Under the pieces are notes generated by a model. It did no database searches, had not been told where the DNA came from, and was given only the letters and a program-made list of their open reading frames with translations. A program made the translations under genes and the position numbers. Source: a virus (lineage: Duplodnaviria; Caudoviricetes). From it: a DNA stretch of 64,000 nucleotides. Location: IMG/VR virus record IMGVR_UViG_3300013121_000020, positions 32,001 to 96,000 of that record. One strand, 5' to 3'. Below, piece after piece: positions 46,884 to 55,833 of the stretch. The stretch's first letter is position 1. Every line of letters starts with the position of its first letter.

Positions 46884-47285
46884 CGGGGATGGATCGAATG
46901 GGTGGGCTGAATATCGACGATTGGTGTTAGCAGAGATCGAAAGAATAAGCCTAAGATAGAAAGCCAGCACACAGCAATACAACTAGCACTCACCCAAGCG
47001 ATTTCTGATGCCCGTGCTCATCTACTAGATAAGATTCGTGAAACAGCTACTGAAATAAAGGAGAATAACGATGAAAAACTCGCAATTGTTGAAAAGGATA
47101 TTGAAACTAAAATTCGAGAATTAGATACGCGATATCAATCTGAAATGAAATTGATTCGAAATGAAATTGATAAACAAGGTAGAGATATCTCTGTTTTGAA
47201 GGCCAAAGCGGCGCTTCTTGGTGCCGTTGCTGGGTTTGTAGTTGCCGTTGTTGGAGTAATAGCAAGCATTTTCTTCAATAAGTGA
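46852..47285 (+). pseudogene. frameshifted coiled-coil protein with C-terminal transmembrane helix (holin/XhlA-like)
   Basis: GGAG + ATG at 46852 gives MPAAPPNKGG..NGWAEYRRLVLAEIERISLR*. The -1 frame continues KIESQHTAIQ...ISVLKAKAALLGAVAGFVVAVVGVIASIFFNK* to 47285. Confidence 0.7.
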
Positions 47286-47301
47286 TAGGTATTGAGTCAT
47301 T

Positions 47302-48432
47302 ATGGCTCATGATCTAAATGCTTATCGACTGAAATTAGACGGCGGCGCAAAACGAATCCCAGCATCTAAAATTGCGGCGTGGATCGAGAAGCATTTTGAT
47401 TTTAAAACTAGAAAGGATGGTGACGAATATTGCATATGTAATCCGTTCAATGGCGACACCGGATTTCATATGAATATAAATCCTGAAAAAATGGTCGTGC
47501 ATTGTTGGACTGGAGACGAGTGGGCGGGACCTGTTAATCCGAATACAGGTAAAAGAAATTGCTCGTTTATTCAATTGGTGAAGCTTTACAAAAAGTGTTC
47601 ATATCAAGAAGCCGTCAAAGACGTTCTCGATACCACAGAAGACATTAGAGCGTTTTTAAGGCCAGAAGCCCGCCATAGCACCGCAAAACCAACTCGAAAA
47701 ATAGCGGTGGCCCTTCCTGAGGGCACGGAACGATTGACTTATGATATCGATAAACAAAAACGTATATTAATCAATTGGCTCATATCTCGCGGTTATACTA
47801 TACAAGATATTGATAAGAATGATATTTATAGTCTTGGTATAGACGTTTATTGGCCATATTATGAATTTGATGAATTAGTATATTGGCAAAGTCGAAGTCG
47901 TTTTAATAAAATTTACAGATTTCCAGATACGACAATATATGATAGAAAAGGTGCGATAGTTGGTGAAACAGAAGGTAGCAAAGGTGATTTTCTATATGGA
48001 TTTGATGAATGTGATTCTGCTAATTATTTGATCTTAACTGAGTCGATTTTTGGTCAATATACGTTAGGCCAACAAGCATTAGCATCCGGTGGTGCATTAA
48101 TAACTCCGTCGCAAATTGGCAAGATTAAAATTTTGGGTCCTAGAAAAGGAATAATATTATCGCCAGATAATGATAAAGCTGGAATTCAAAGTATTATATC
48201 GAATAAAACTCTTTTAAAATCTGTTGGTTATCCAATCTTTTATAGTGTACCACCAAGAATTGAATATGTCGAAGATGGAAAACGCCATTATACAAAAGAT
48301 TGGAATGAGTTTATTACAAAATTGAAGATAAGTAAAGAGGAGATTAGAGAGATTCATGATCGCGGCATTAAACGTTTAACACATGCGTCACTTTCTCATT
48401 TGTACTCGTTTATGCCGCGTCATAAAAATTAA
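47302..48432 (+). CDS. DnaG/gp61-like primase (divergent)
   Basis: WL.SRG, PYY....LVYWQ.R, LYG.D, LTES, TOPRIM DNDKAG, KDWNE. Confidence 0.8.
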   Translation: MAHDLNAYRLKLDGGAKRIPASKIAAWIEKHFDFKTRKDGDEYCICNPFNGDTGFHMNINPEKMVVHCWTGDEWAGPVNPNTGKRNCSFIQLVKLYKKCSYQEAVKDVLDTTEDIRAFLRPEARHSTAKPTRKIAVALPEGTERLTYDIDKQKRILINWLISRGYTIQDIDKNDIYSLGIDVYWPYYEFDELVYWQSRSRFNKIYRFPDTTIYDRKGAIVGETEGSKGDFLYGFDECDSANYLILTESIFGQYTLGQQALASGGALITPSQIGKIKILGPRKGIILSPDNDKAGIQSIISNKTLLKSVGYPIFYSVPPRIEYVEDGKRHYTKDWNEFITKLKISKEEIREIHDRGIKRLTHASLSHLYSFMPRHKN

Positions 48433-48977
48433 GCAGTTAATGATCGTCCAATTGCTTCTTCTACTTTTTGAACCATTTCATATATCGGGTTGGCTTTAGT
48501 TATTGTTTGATTTGTGCCAAGGTCAATAGATGTGTCGGCAGTGAATAATATATGAAAAGAATTTCGACCACCATATGATTTTCTTGTTTCTACTATGACT
48601 GTGATGCCCGGATTGCAATTTGGATCTTGTAATCTAAGTTCATCACATGTTTTATATTGTGGTGGTGATAGATTTAAAATGTCGACCCATTCGAAATTTT
48701 TACATTTGTTGCTGGTTCCAACAATAGCTGCTTCGATGCATAGTTTATCAAATATTGTTTTTGTTGTTTTATGATAACCTTTTCTTTGTTTTTCAATCAC
48801 TTTGGTTTCTATGAAATTCAGTAGAAGCCAATCATTGTTAAATTGTTTAATTTGTGATTGGCCTTGTGTGCCTAATCTTCCCCAACGAATGGTGGCTGTC
48901 AATGTTTGTTTGTCTATATTGACAATCCAAAATTTGTTGTGGTTTTTGCCAGTGTTGATGTAGATTGTTTCTTGCAT
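48429..48977 (-). CDS. WGR-domain protein
   Basis: HNKFW, IRWGRLGTQGQ, EKQRKGY. Confidence 0.85.
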   Translation of the reverse strand: MQETIYINTGKNHNKFWIVNIDKQTLTATIRWGRLGTQGQSQIKQFNNDWLLLNFIETKVIEKQRKGYHKTTKTIFDKLCIEAAIVGTSNKCKNFEWVDILNLSPPQYKTCDELRLQDPNCNPGITVIVETRKSYGGRNSFHILFTADTSIDLGTNQTITKANPIYEMVQKVEEAIGRSLTA

Positions 48978-48995
48978 ATCTTATCAAATACGTAG

Positions 48996-49271
48996 TCATT
49001 GTTTTACCTGATATCGATTTATAATTATTGCATTTTTGGTATAGATTTCACGAAAACCAGATTTAAATGAAATTGGACAATGACTTCGAAACCATTCGAT
49101 TTTTCTATCAAGTGATAATCGCGATAACTCATGCGATCTTTGTATTATTTTCTCACGTTCAGAATTTCCTATCATGTCAGATATGATGCCACAATATTTA
49201 TTGTTTCGTTCTCCTAATAGTAATAGCAATATATATTTTTGATTTTTGTAATTTAAATAGATTAGATCCAT
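48996..49271 (-). CDS. hypothetical protein
   Basis: 91 aa ORF with AGGA RBS. Confidence 0.6.
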   Translation of the reverse strand: MDLIYLNYKNQKYILLLLLGERNNKYCGIISDMIGNSEREKIIQRSHELSRLSLDRKIEWFRSHCPISFKSGFREIYTKNAIIINRYQVKQ

Positions 49272-49316
49272 TTTTAGTCCTTAAATAAATAAAAATCAAA
49301 GATGGTGTGGTGATAT

Positions 49317-50612
49317 ATGAAACAACCGCAAGCAAAAGAACGTCCAAGGATCAAGCTCACATTCCAATTTCGAGGATTGGCTGGGATTGATTATGGGCAT
49401 CTTTTTAAAAGTTTTGAATTTCAAGGTATGGTAAATGGTGGTTATATAATTCGCGCTCAATTATATGATGCTAATTATGGTTTATTGAATCGTCTTATGG
49501 AAGAAGGATATCTTAAAGAAACAAGAGAAAATCCAGTAGCAGTACGTTTTCAAATTCTAGCTGGGGTTAATGGAGTCTATCCTGAATCAGCTACGAAACC
49601 ACAGACTGCTATTGTGCTTGGTATAGATGTTGTTGGTGGTCCAGCTGATATTGGAGTTATTGAATTTATGGCAATAGATCCACCATCGTGGTATCTAAAT
49701 ATGGGAGACGCATCTGGTGGTGTATTCAAAGGGCGTGTTGATCAAGTTATTAAACAAGTTATACAGAAATATGCTCCTCAAGTCACTGCTGAAGTTGGTC
49801 GGACCGTTGATTCTGAACAAAATAAATTTTGGATGATGCGACAAGATCCAAAAACATTCTTAGCATCATTGATGGATTGGTCGTCGTCTGTTACTCAACG
49901 GAAGACTAATTGGCTGGTTGAAGTGGATGGTTATAATATATCAATAAAAGAACAGGCGGCATTAGTATCAAAACAGCGTGGATTTTATCGTTATATTTCT
50001 GGAAATAATCAAAGCACTATTGAACGATTAGCGTTAAAAGCCGACAATGCATTGAGTGTTGTGCAAACTAAATTGATTACTGCTGGTCTTTCATCGATTT
50101 CTGGACAATATCTTGATAAAATAACAGATGAGAAAGAAAAGAAAGTTGTTGTGAAAGATAGTAATACAAGTAATAAACAAATCGCAAAGACAAACGATGA
50201 TCAATCATTTTCAAAACCGCCAGACGCTGGTCCAATAAGGGCTGGATGGACTGAAGTAACAGCAATTCCAGAAGTTTATTCAGCTGGTGAGCTTGGTCTA
50301 CGATATGATGAATATATTGACGGTAGGCCACGTGCTTTGTGGTTGAATATGGTGAATTCACTGTTGCGTGCTAAATTTAGCGTTCTTGGACATGGTGAAT
50401 GGTCTGAGTGTCGTGGTTTAGGTATAGATACTGTTTTTATAAAGTGGACTTCTTCAAAAAATATTGGTGGTGATCAATTTTGGTGGACAACCGGTGCGTG
50501 GTTAGTGTATGGATTTAACCATGTAGTTAGTAGTGATGAGTGGACTACTGATTTATATTGTGCTAGATTTGATCACAATGCTGATGCTAGACGTATTGGT
50601 GCGTCTGAATAA
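49317..50612 (+). CDS. probable baseplate hub protein (gp27/GpD-like)
   Basis: Hub-like layout: G.V.QVI.Q, W.M.Q....FL, V.GH, G.WLV....H; located upstream of the tape measure. Confidence 0.55.
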   Translation: MKQPQAKERPRIKLTFQFRGLAGIDYGHLFKSFEFQGMVNGGYIIRAQLYDANYGLLNRLMEEGYLKETRENPVAVRFQILAGVNGVYPESATKPQTAIVLGIDVVGGPADIGVIEFMAIDPPSWYLNMGDASGGVFKGRVDQVIKQVIQKYAPQVTAEVGRTVDSEQNKFWMMRQDPKTFLASLMDWSSSVTQRKTNWLVEVDGYNISIKEQAALVSKQRGFYRYISGNNQSTIERLALKADNALSVVQTKLITAGLSSISGQYLDKITDEKEKKVVVKDSNTSNKQIAKTNDDQSFSKPPDAGPIRAGWTEVTAIPEVYSAGELGLRYDEYIDGRPRALWLNMVNSLLRAKFSVLGHGEWSECRGLGIDTVFIKWTSSKNIGGDQFWWTTGAWLVYGFNHVVSSDEWTTDLYCARFDHNADARRIGASE

Positions 50613-50693
50613 TTATTTTTGTGTATTGTATTAGCATCAATACTGTGCCACACTTAAGTAGGTACAGATGATATAACACTACAAAGGAGCATT

Positions 50694-51041
50694 GTGATGA
50701 CTACGCAACAAGATGATGATTTTATTCAATACTACAATGACGATATAAATGAGTGGATTTTATCAGAAAAAGATGAACAAATTGTAAAATCTATTGAAAG
50801 CATGGGATGGAACCAGCTATTGGCTGCTAGAAATCATATCAATAACACGCTGATTGAAGACCCAGCTTTTCAATACAGTAGAGAGAAAACGATTGCGTGT
50901 AAGTGCATTATCCATCGTGCAGAATTTTTGAAACAACGTGGGCTTGATTCAAATCAAAAAATTGGATTTTTTGATTTAGTGTATGAAGGTATGGTGGGTT
51001 ATATAATTGGCAATGAATTTTGCCGAAGAATTGGATTGTAA
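50694..51041 (+). CDS. hypothetical protein
   Basis: AAGGAG RBS. Confidence 0.6.
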   Translation: MMTTQQDDDFIQYYNDDINEWILSEKDEQIVKSIESMGWNQLLAARNHINNTLIEDPAFQYSREKTIACKCIIHRAEFLKQRGLDSNQKIGFFDLVYEGMVGYIIGNEFCRRIGL

Positions 51042-51043
51042 CA

Positions 51044-54000
51044 ATGGCTAAAAGCGTTGATCCTAATGTGTATGCTCTTAGCATCCAATTGTCATTGGAG
51101 TCTGGGGATGCGTTCAAGACCTTAGACTCATTTGGCGAGAAAATCAGCAATATTGAGCAACAACTAGCATCGTCTGCTAAAGCGTCACTTCAATCTATTA
51201 AAGATGTGGCGGTTGCTGCTACACAAGCCGTAGTTGATTTATCAACCGCATTTAAGGGTGTTGATGCTAGCACTCTCAGAATGCAGACGACAGTTGTGGA
51301 TACTGGTAAGGAACTAACTGATCAATTTGATAATGGTGAAGACAGGCTTGAAACTGCAGTTGATGAATTTAAACAACTTACTAAAACTCATGATCTTCAT
51401 AAGGATACTGGGAAAGAACTTGGAAAGCATTTAATAGTTGGTGATAAATTCTTAAAAGGATTGGAAGCTATTAATAAGGCGATTGAAGTAAAGAATAAAG
51501 GCCATGAAGAACAAAATCGCTTATTAAAAACAGATGATAAATTAATCAATCAAATGAATTCGTCTTTAGGAGAGACAAATAATAGTGGCAAACGCATTGA
51601 TAGAGAATTTAGAAAAGTTGTGTCTACTGCTTCTGCTATTTGGGGATATATCAAGAGAATTGATGCTGATACGGAAAAATTTGTTACTACAAACTATCGA
51701 GCATACGGATCACAGCAACAACTTGTCCAAAGTTCACGCAATCTTGCTATGACCAATGGTGTTTTCTATGAAAACGCTATTGAAGCATATCAAGTCCTTG
51801 GTAACTTGAAAGTTCCAAGGGAAGAAATGGACAAATATGCTAAAACTATAGCAATTGCCAATCGAACGACTGGTGTTGGTATACCACAAATTGGTGCTTA
51901 TGTTAATAATTTACGACTGGCTGGAATTAATGCAGCACAAGCCGAAAGAAATGTTGCATATATTACTGAATCAATGCGCAAATTTGGATTAAACACACGC
52001 GATGTGAACGCATTGATGAGCCAGAGTGCAGCAAGCACGAAAGTTGCTGCTAGAATTTTCGGTGAAGGTGCTGATGGGATTGGTAAATGGGAACAATCTC
52101 GTGTTACGATGGCGGCGTTTGCACGCCAAGCTGGTCATGGTGCTGAAGAACTTGCGTCATTTGAACAATGGATTTTGAGTGATGTTTCGGCAATGTCTCG
52201 TTTTAAAGATATGACGAACACCACAGAAAAGGGGGTTGATGGTTATCGTCTTGCTATGTTACGAGCGGGTATAGAAACAGAACGGCAAATGGCTGCTCTT
52301 CAAGCTGCAAATGATGGCTCCGCAGAAGCTGCGGCACAATTGATCGTTGAAGAAGAAGTTTTAATCGACGTATATTATGGTAAAAGTAGAGCAGCGTATG
52401 AAGCTGCACGTGCGATGGGACGCGCAGCGAAAACAGCGGGAGTGACTGGTGAGAGTGTTGCAGATCTTGATAAGATTGCTGGAGTTGCAGCTAATACTTT
52501 AGAAAATCAACTTGGTGAAGCTGGTTATACGCTTACTGCTGAATTGAAAACCTTAGGCAGCACATTGTGGTCGGTGACTGGTTCAGTTCTTCAATTTGCC
52601 GCTGACGCTATTGCACCATTTGTGCATGCGTTAAATTGGGTTATACGTCATGTTTCTATGTTTATAGATAAATGGGTAGAATTTAGAACTAGATTGGAAA
52701 ACACAATTCCTGGTTTTAAATATGTTACGAAAATTGCCAGATTTCTTGTCGGTATTGTAATAGCTCTTGTTGTTGGCGTAGCATTGTTGTCGGGTGGGAT
52801 CACGGCTTTTTCAACAGCATTTTCATCTGCTAGTGGTATTATTTCTGGTTCAGCTAAATTTATTGCATCGATTGGTCAAACATTAGTATCGTTAGCAACT
52901 GCGATTGGTGAAGTAATATTTGTTATTTTAAATAGTATTGGTAGAGGGTTGGCGGCACTTGGTAATCAAATTAAACCAGTTATCGTACCATTGCTTGGTT
53001 TGGCTTTGGCGTTGCTTATAATTTCAGTTGCTGCCTATGTGTTTGCCGCTGCTGTTGTTCTTATCGCTAATGCTGGATCTTCTGCAATTCCTGTGATGTT
53101 TGCGTTGGTGATTGCTGTAATCGTTTTATTGACAGCACTTGTGATTTTGGCACAATTCTTAAAAGATCCAACTACAACTGCTGGATTGTTGGTTATTGCT
53201 GTTGTGCTTTTAGCGGTTGGAGTTGCTGCAGTGTTGGTTGGTTTCGGATTAAAACTTGCTGCTCAAGGGATTGAAATTCTATCGCAATCATTGAGCTTTA
53301 AGTTGATTTTGATGATTTTCTTACTGGGCGTTGCGTTGATTAGTCTTGGTGGTATGGGTTTATTAGCAGCACCTGGGATTGTGCTTATTTCAATTGCTAT
53401 GATGGCACTAGCTTTAGCTGTTTATATTCTTGGTAGTAGTTTTAATGATATTCTTGCGGCGTTTACCAAATTTATTGGGATTGCTGGTGATGATTTAGTT
53501 ACTACTAGCATATCATTTTTAGTTGCTGGTGTAGCCTTTTTCAGTGCTGCTATGTTGATGGCTGCTGCTGCTGTTGGGTTTATGGTCGCAGCACCATTGT
53601 TGGTTATTGCTTCGTTTATGGTTTCTAATGCTGCAGTGCTAATGATCCCAGCCGCTGGTATGTTATTAATTGTTGGGGCAACATTGTTGATTGCGTCGTT
53701 GATGATTCTTAATGCATCAATTGTTTTAGCTGTTGCTACTGCTATTTTGATGGCTAGTACACTTTTACTGGCTGTAGCGGCACTTGGTCTCATGTCCGCT
53801 GCATCTTTGTTGATTGTTGGTGGATTGTTGCTGGTGATTGCTAGCGCATTTCTTGCAGTTGGTGCTACTCTTATGATTGTGGGTGCATTGTTAATTATTG
53901 AATCTTCTATGGTTTTGATGGTTGCTGGTGGTTTTCTGCTTGGTGCTAGTCTTGTGATGTCGTTGGGTTTGATGTTGATAAGTGGTTTGGCGAAAGACAT

Positions 54001-54892
54001 TTTTGATGTTGGAATTAGAATTGGTATTGGTGGCAGTATGTTGTATATGGGTGCGACGAAAATTCTCGCTGCTGCTGATCTTCTTGGGTCTAGTGCGTTA
54101 GTTATAAAGATGGTGTCGGCCGATTTGAGTGCTGCTGGTAAGTGGTTAATTCCGGCGTCTCTGGCAATTTATCTTGGTATGAAATTGTTGGAATGGGCGA
54201 TTAGTAGTTTTTCAAAGACGGTTGTTGATATTAATAGTATTGCGATTGCGATTACACTGTTGACTAACGCATTTCAATCTCTTAACAATATTCCAGTTGG
54301 CATGTTACGTGACTTGGCAGCTAATTCGCTGGCAGCTATTCCGAATCTTGATTTACTTGGCGATCAACTTGCTGTTGCTGCCCAGAAATTAGACTCTGGT
54401 GTTACTCAGTTTGAGGGACCTGCAAATCGTCTTATTAGTATTTTGGGTGGATTGAGCGGTGCTATTGCGGAGTTTGGTGCTGGTCTTAAGCTTGGTGATG
54501 ATATTGGACAATTGGCTGAAAAATTGGATAAATATGCTACATTGCTTGAGAATACATCAACACGAATAGAGACAGCAGTAAAATCTAAGGCTGTGCCAGC
54601 CATGAGGGCTGCTGAGGAGGCTGGTGTTGAGGAAGCGATTAGATCAGAAGCGATTTCTACTATTAATGTTACATATGATGATGATACAGCAACTAGTGAA
54701 AATGATAATCAATTGATGGAAATATATAATAAACAGATTGTTTTGCTTGAATCATTAGATGAACGGTTTGCGACGATGCAGACTGGCCGTGATAATGTCA
54801 ATGAAATTTTAACATTGTTGCAAGTTCATTTACCAAGAATGGCGAAAAATGATCAAGGTTTAAGTAGCGATTTTAACTCGTGGCAGAAATAA
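51044..54892 (+). CDS. tape measure protein
   Basis: About 1280 aa, Ala-rich and helical with a very long hydrophobic segment; followed by baseplate genes. Confidence 0.85.
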   Translation: MAKSVDPNVYALSIQLSLESGDAFKTLDSFGEKISNIEQQLASSAKASLQSIKDVAVAATQAVVDLSTAFKGVDASTLRMQTTVVDTGKELTDQFDNGEDRLETAVDEFKQLTKTHDLHKDTGKELGKHLIVGDKFLKGLEAINKAIEVKNKGHEEQNRLLKTDDKLINQMNSSLGETNNSGKRIDREFRKVVSTASAIWGYIKRIDADTEKFVTTNYRAYGSQQQLVQSSRNLAMTNGVFYENAIEAYQVLGNLKVPREEMDKYAKTIAIANRTTGVGIPQIGAYVNNLRLAGINAAQAERNVAYITESMRKFGLNTRDVNALMSQSAASTKVAARIFGEGADGIGKWEQSRVTMAAFARQAGHGAEELASFEQWILSDVSAMSRFKDMTNTTEKGVDGYRLAMLRAGIETERQMAALQAANDGSAEAAAQLIVEEEVLIDVYYGKSRAAYEAARAMGRAAKTAGVTGESVADLDKIAGVAANTLENQLGEAGYTLTAELKTLGSTLWSVTGSVLQFAADAIAPFVHALNWVIRHVSMFIDKWVEFRTRLENTIPGFKYVTKIARFLVGIVIALVVGVALLSGGITAFSTAFSSASGIISGSAKFIASIGQTLVSLATAIGEVIFVILNSIGRGLAALGNQIKPVIVPLLGLALALLIISVAAYVFAAAVVLIANAGSSAIPVMFALVIAVIVLLTALVILAQFLKDPTTTAGLLVIAVVLLAVGVAAVLVGFGLKLAAQGIEILSQSLSFKLILMIFLLGVALISLGGMGLLAAPGIVLISIAMMALALAVYILGSSFNDILAAFTKFIGIAGDDLVTTSISFLVAGVAFFSAAMLMAAAAVGFMVAAPLLVIASFMVSNAAVLMIPAAGMLLIVGATLLIASLMILNASIVLAVATAILMASTLLLAVAALGLMSAASLLIVGGLLLVIASAFLAVGATLMIVGALLIIESSMVLMVAGGFLLGASLVMSLGLMLISGLAKDIFDVGIRIGIGGSMLYMGATKILAAADLLGSSALVIKMVSADLSAAGKWLIPASLAIYLGMKLLEWAISSFSKTVVDINSIAIAITLLTNAFQSLNNIPVGMLRDLAANSLAAIPNLDLLGDQLAVAAQKLDSGVTQFEGPANRLISILGGLSGAIAEFGAGLKLGDDIGQLAEKLDKYATLLENTSTRIETAVKSKAVPAMRAAEEAGVEEAIRSEAISTINVTYDDDTATSENDNQLMEIYNKQIVLLESLDERFATMQTGRDNVNEILTLLQVHLPRMAKNDQGLSSDFNSWQK

Positions 54893-54893
54893 C

Positions 54894-55445
54894 ATGATGA
54901 CATATCTTCCGATTGATGAAGAGCTTTGTAAAGCAGTGTCATTTCGTATGCCTGGACAGGAGTTGTCAATTGAATTCCAGTTTCCGCCAAAGATTTTAAG
55001 TGATAGTCGAAAGGGTAATTGGGAAGAGAAAGATAATGTCGGTTCTGAGCCAATAGCTATATACAAAACAAGTGGTGCTCGTGAGATTTCTTTAAATTTT
55101 GTTTATATTGTGGATGGTGGTAAATGGACTACTAAAAAAATTTCAGAACAGATTCGAAATCTTAGAGGTTATTTTACTAGATATATATCGGTAGGTCAAG
55201 GACGTGGTCTTGTTGTTATGTTTAAAATGTGGCGGCATGGTGGTGCTAATGAAATGTCTTGTCGCATTCGTGGTGTTGATGTGAAGCATTCAGATTCGAT
55301 TGTTGTTCCAGATGGTGTGGTGAGCGATGCATATGCTTTGCGTTCTGATGTAACGATAGATTTAAGAATTTGGAGTAAAGGTGGTATTCAAAAGATACAA
55401 GATGTTCCTGGTTTAAGAACAGCGCAACCACCAGATTGGTATTAG
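54894..55445 (+). CDS. baseplate tube-cap/tube-like protein
   Basis: FQFPP.I.SDS...W, G.EP...Y..SG.R.ISL pattern; directly after the tape measure. Confidence 0.6.
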   Translation: MMTYLPIDEELCKAVSFRMPGQELSIEFQFPPKILSDSRKGNWEEKDNVGSEPIAIYKTSGAREISLNFVYIVDGGKWTTKKISEQIRNLRGYFTRYISVGQGRGLVVMFKMWRHGGANEMSCRIRGVDVKHSDSIVVPDGVVSDAYALRSDVTIDLRIWSKGGIQKIQDVPGLRTAQPPDWY

Positions 55446-55453
55446 GAGAAGTT

Positions 55454-55765
55454 ATGGTGATTGATGATTTTTCAAGGTTCAAAAACACTGAATCGATTAT
55501 TGTTGATGGTAAAGAAACTTTTGGTAGATGGAAACAGTTTTCTTTTTTAACAGAACGACCATCTGACGAACTTATTGGTGTGTTTCAAGTTACATCAGCT
55601 ACTGAAGGTAGGCCGGATTTAATTTCATTAGCGGTTTATGGTACTGTTTATTTAGATTGGGTGATTATTGCTTTTAATAAGGTATATGAAACATTGAATT
55701 GGCCACGAGCCGGTGATGCCATTGAATATCCTTTTGATACTGTAGTGTTTCCAGAATTGTTGTAA
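55454..55765 (+). CDS. baseplate wedge LysM-like protein (gp53-like)
   Basis: EGRPDLIS..VYG....WVI...N, P.AG..I.YP. Confidence 0.8.
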   Translation: MVIDDFSRFKNTESIIVDGKETFGRWKQFSFLTERPSDELIGVFQVTSATEGRPDLISLAVYGTVYLDWVIIAFNKVYETLNWPRAGDAIEYPFDTVVFPELL

Positions 55766-55833
55766 CAATTTTAGTTTGTACATTTCTATGCTGTGAAATT
55801 TATATATAGAGAGCACAAATAGGGAGCCACTAT

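Noticed and set aside
46957-46959. Stop-codon reassignment (TAG readthrough) as in some jumbo phages
   Set aside because: Readthrough hits another TAG within a few codons and does not restore the protein; long genes are intact in code 11 and TAG/TGA act as normal stops.
53422-54000. 192-aa antisense ORF inside the tape measure gene
   Set aside because: Shadow of the hydrophobic GCT/GTT/ATT-rich codons; low-complexity A/I/N/T product, no RBS.
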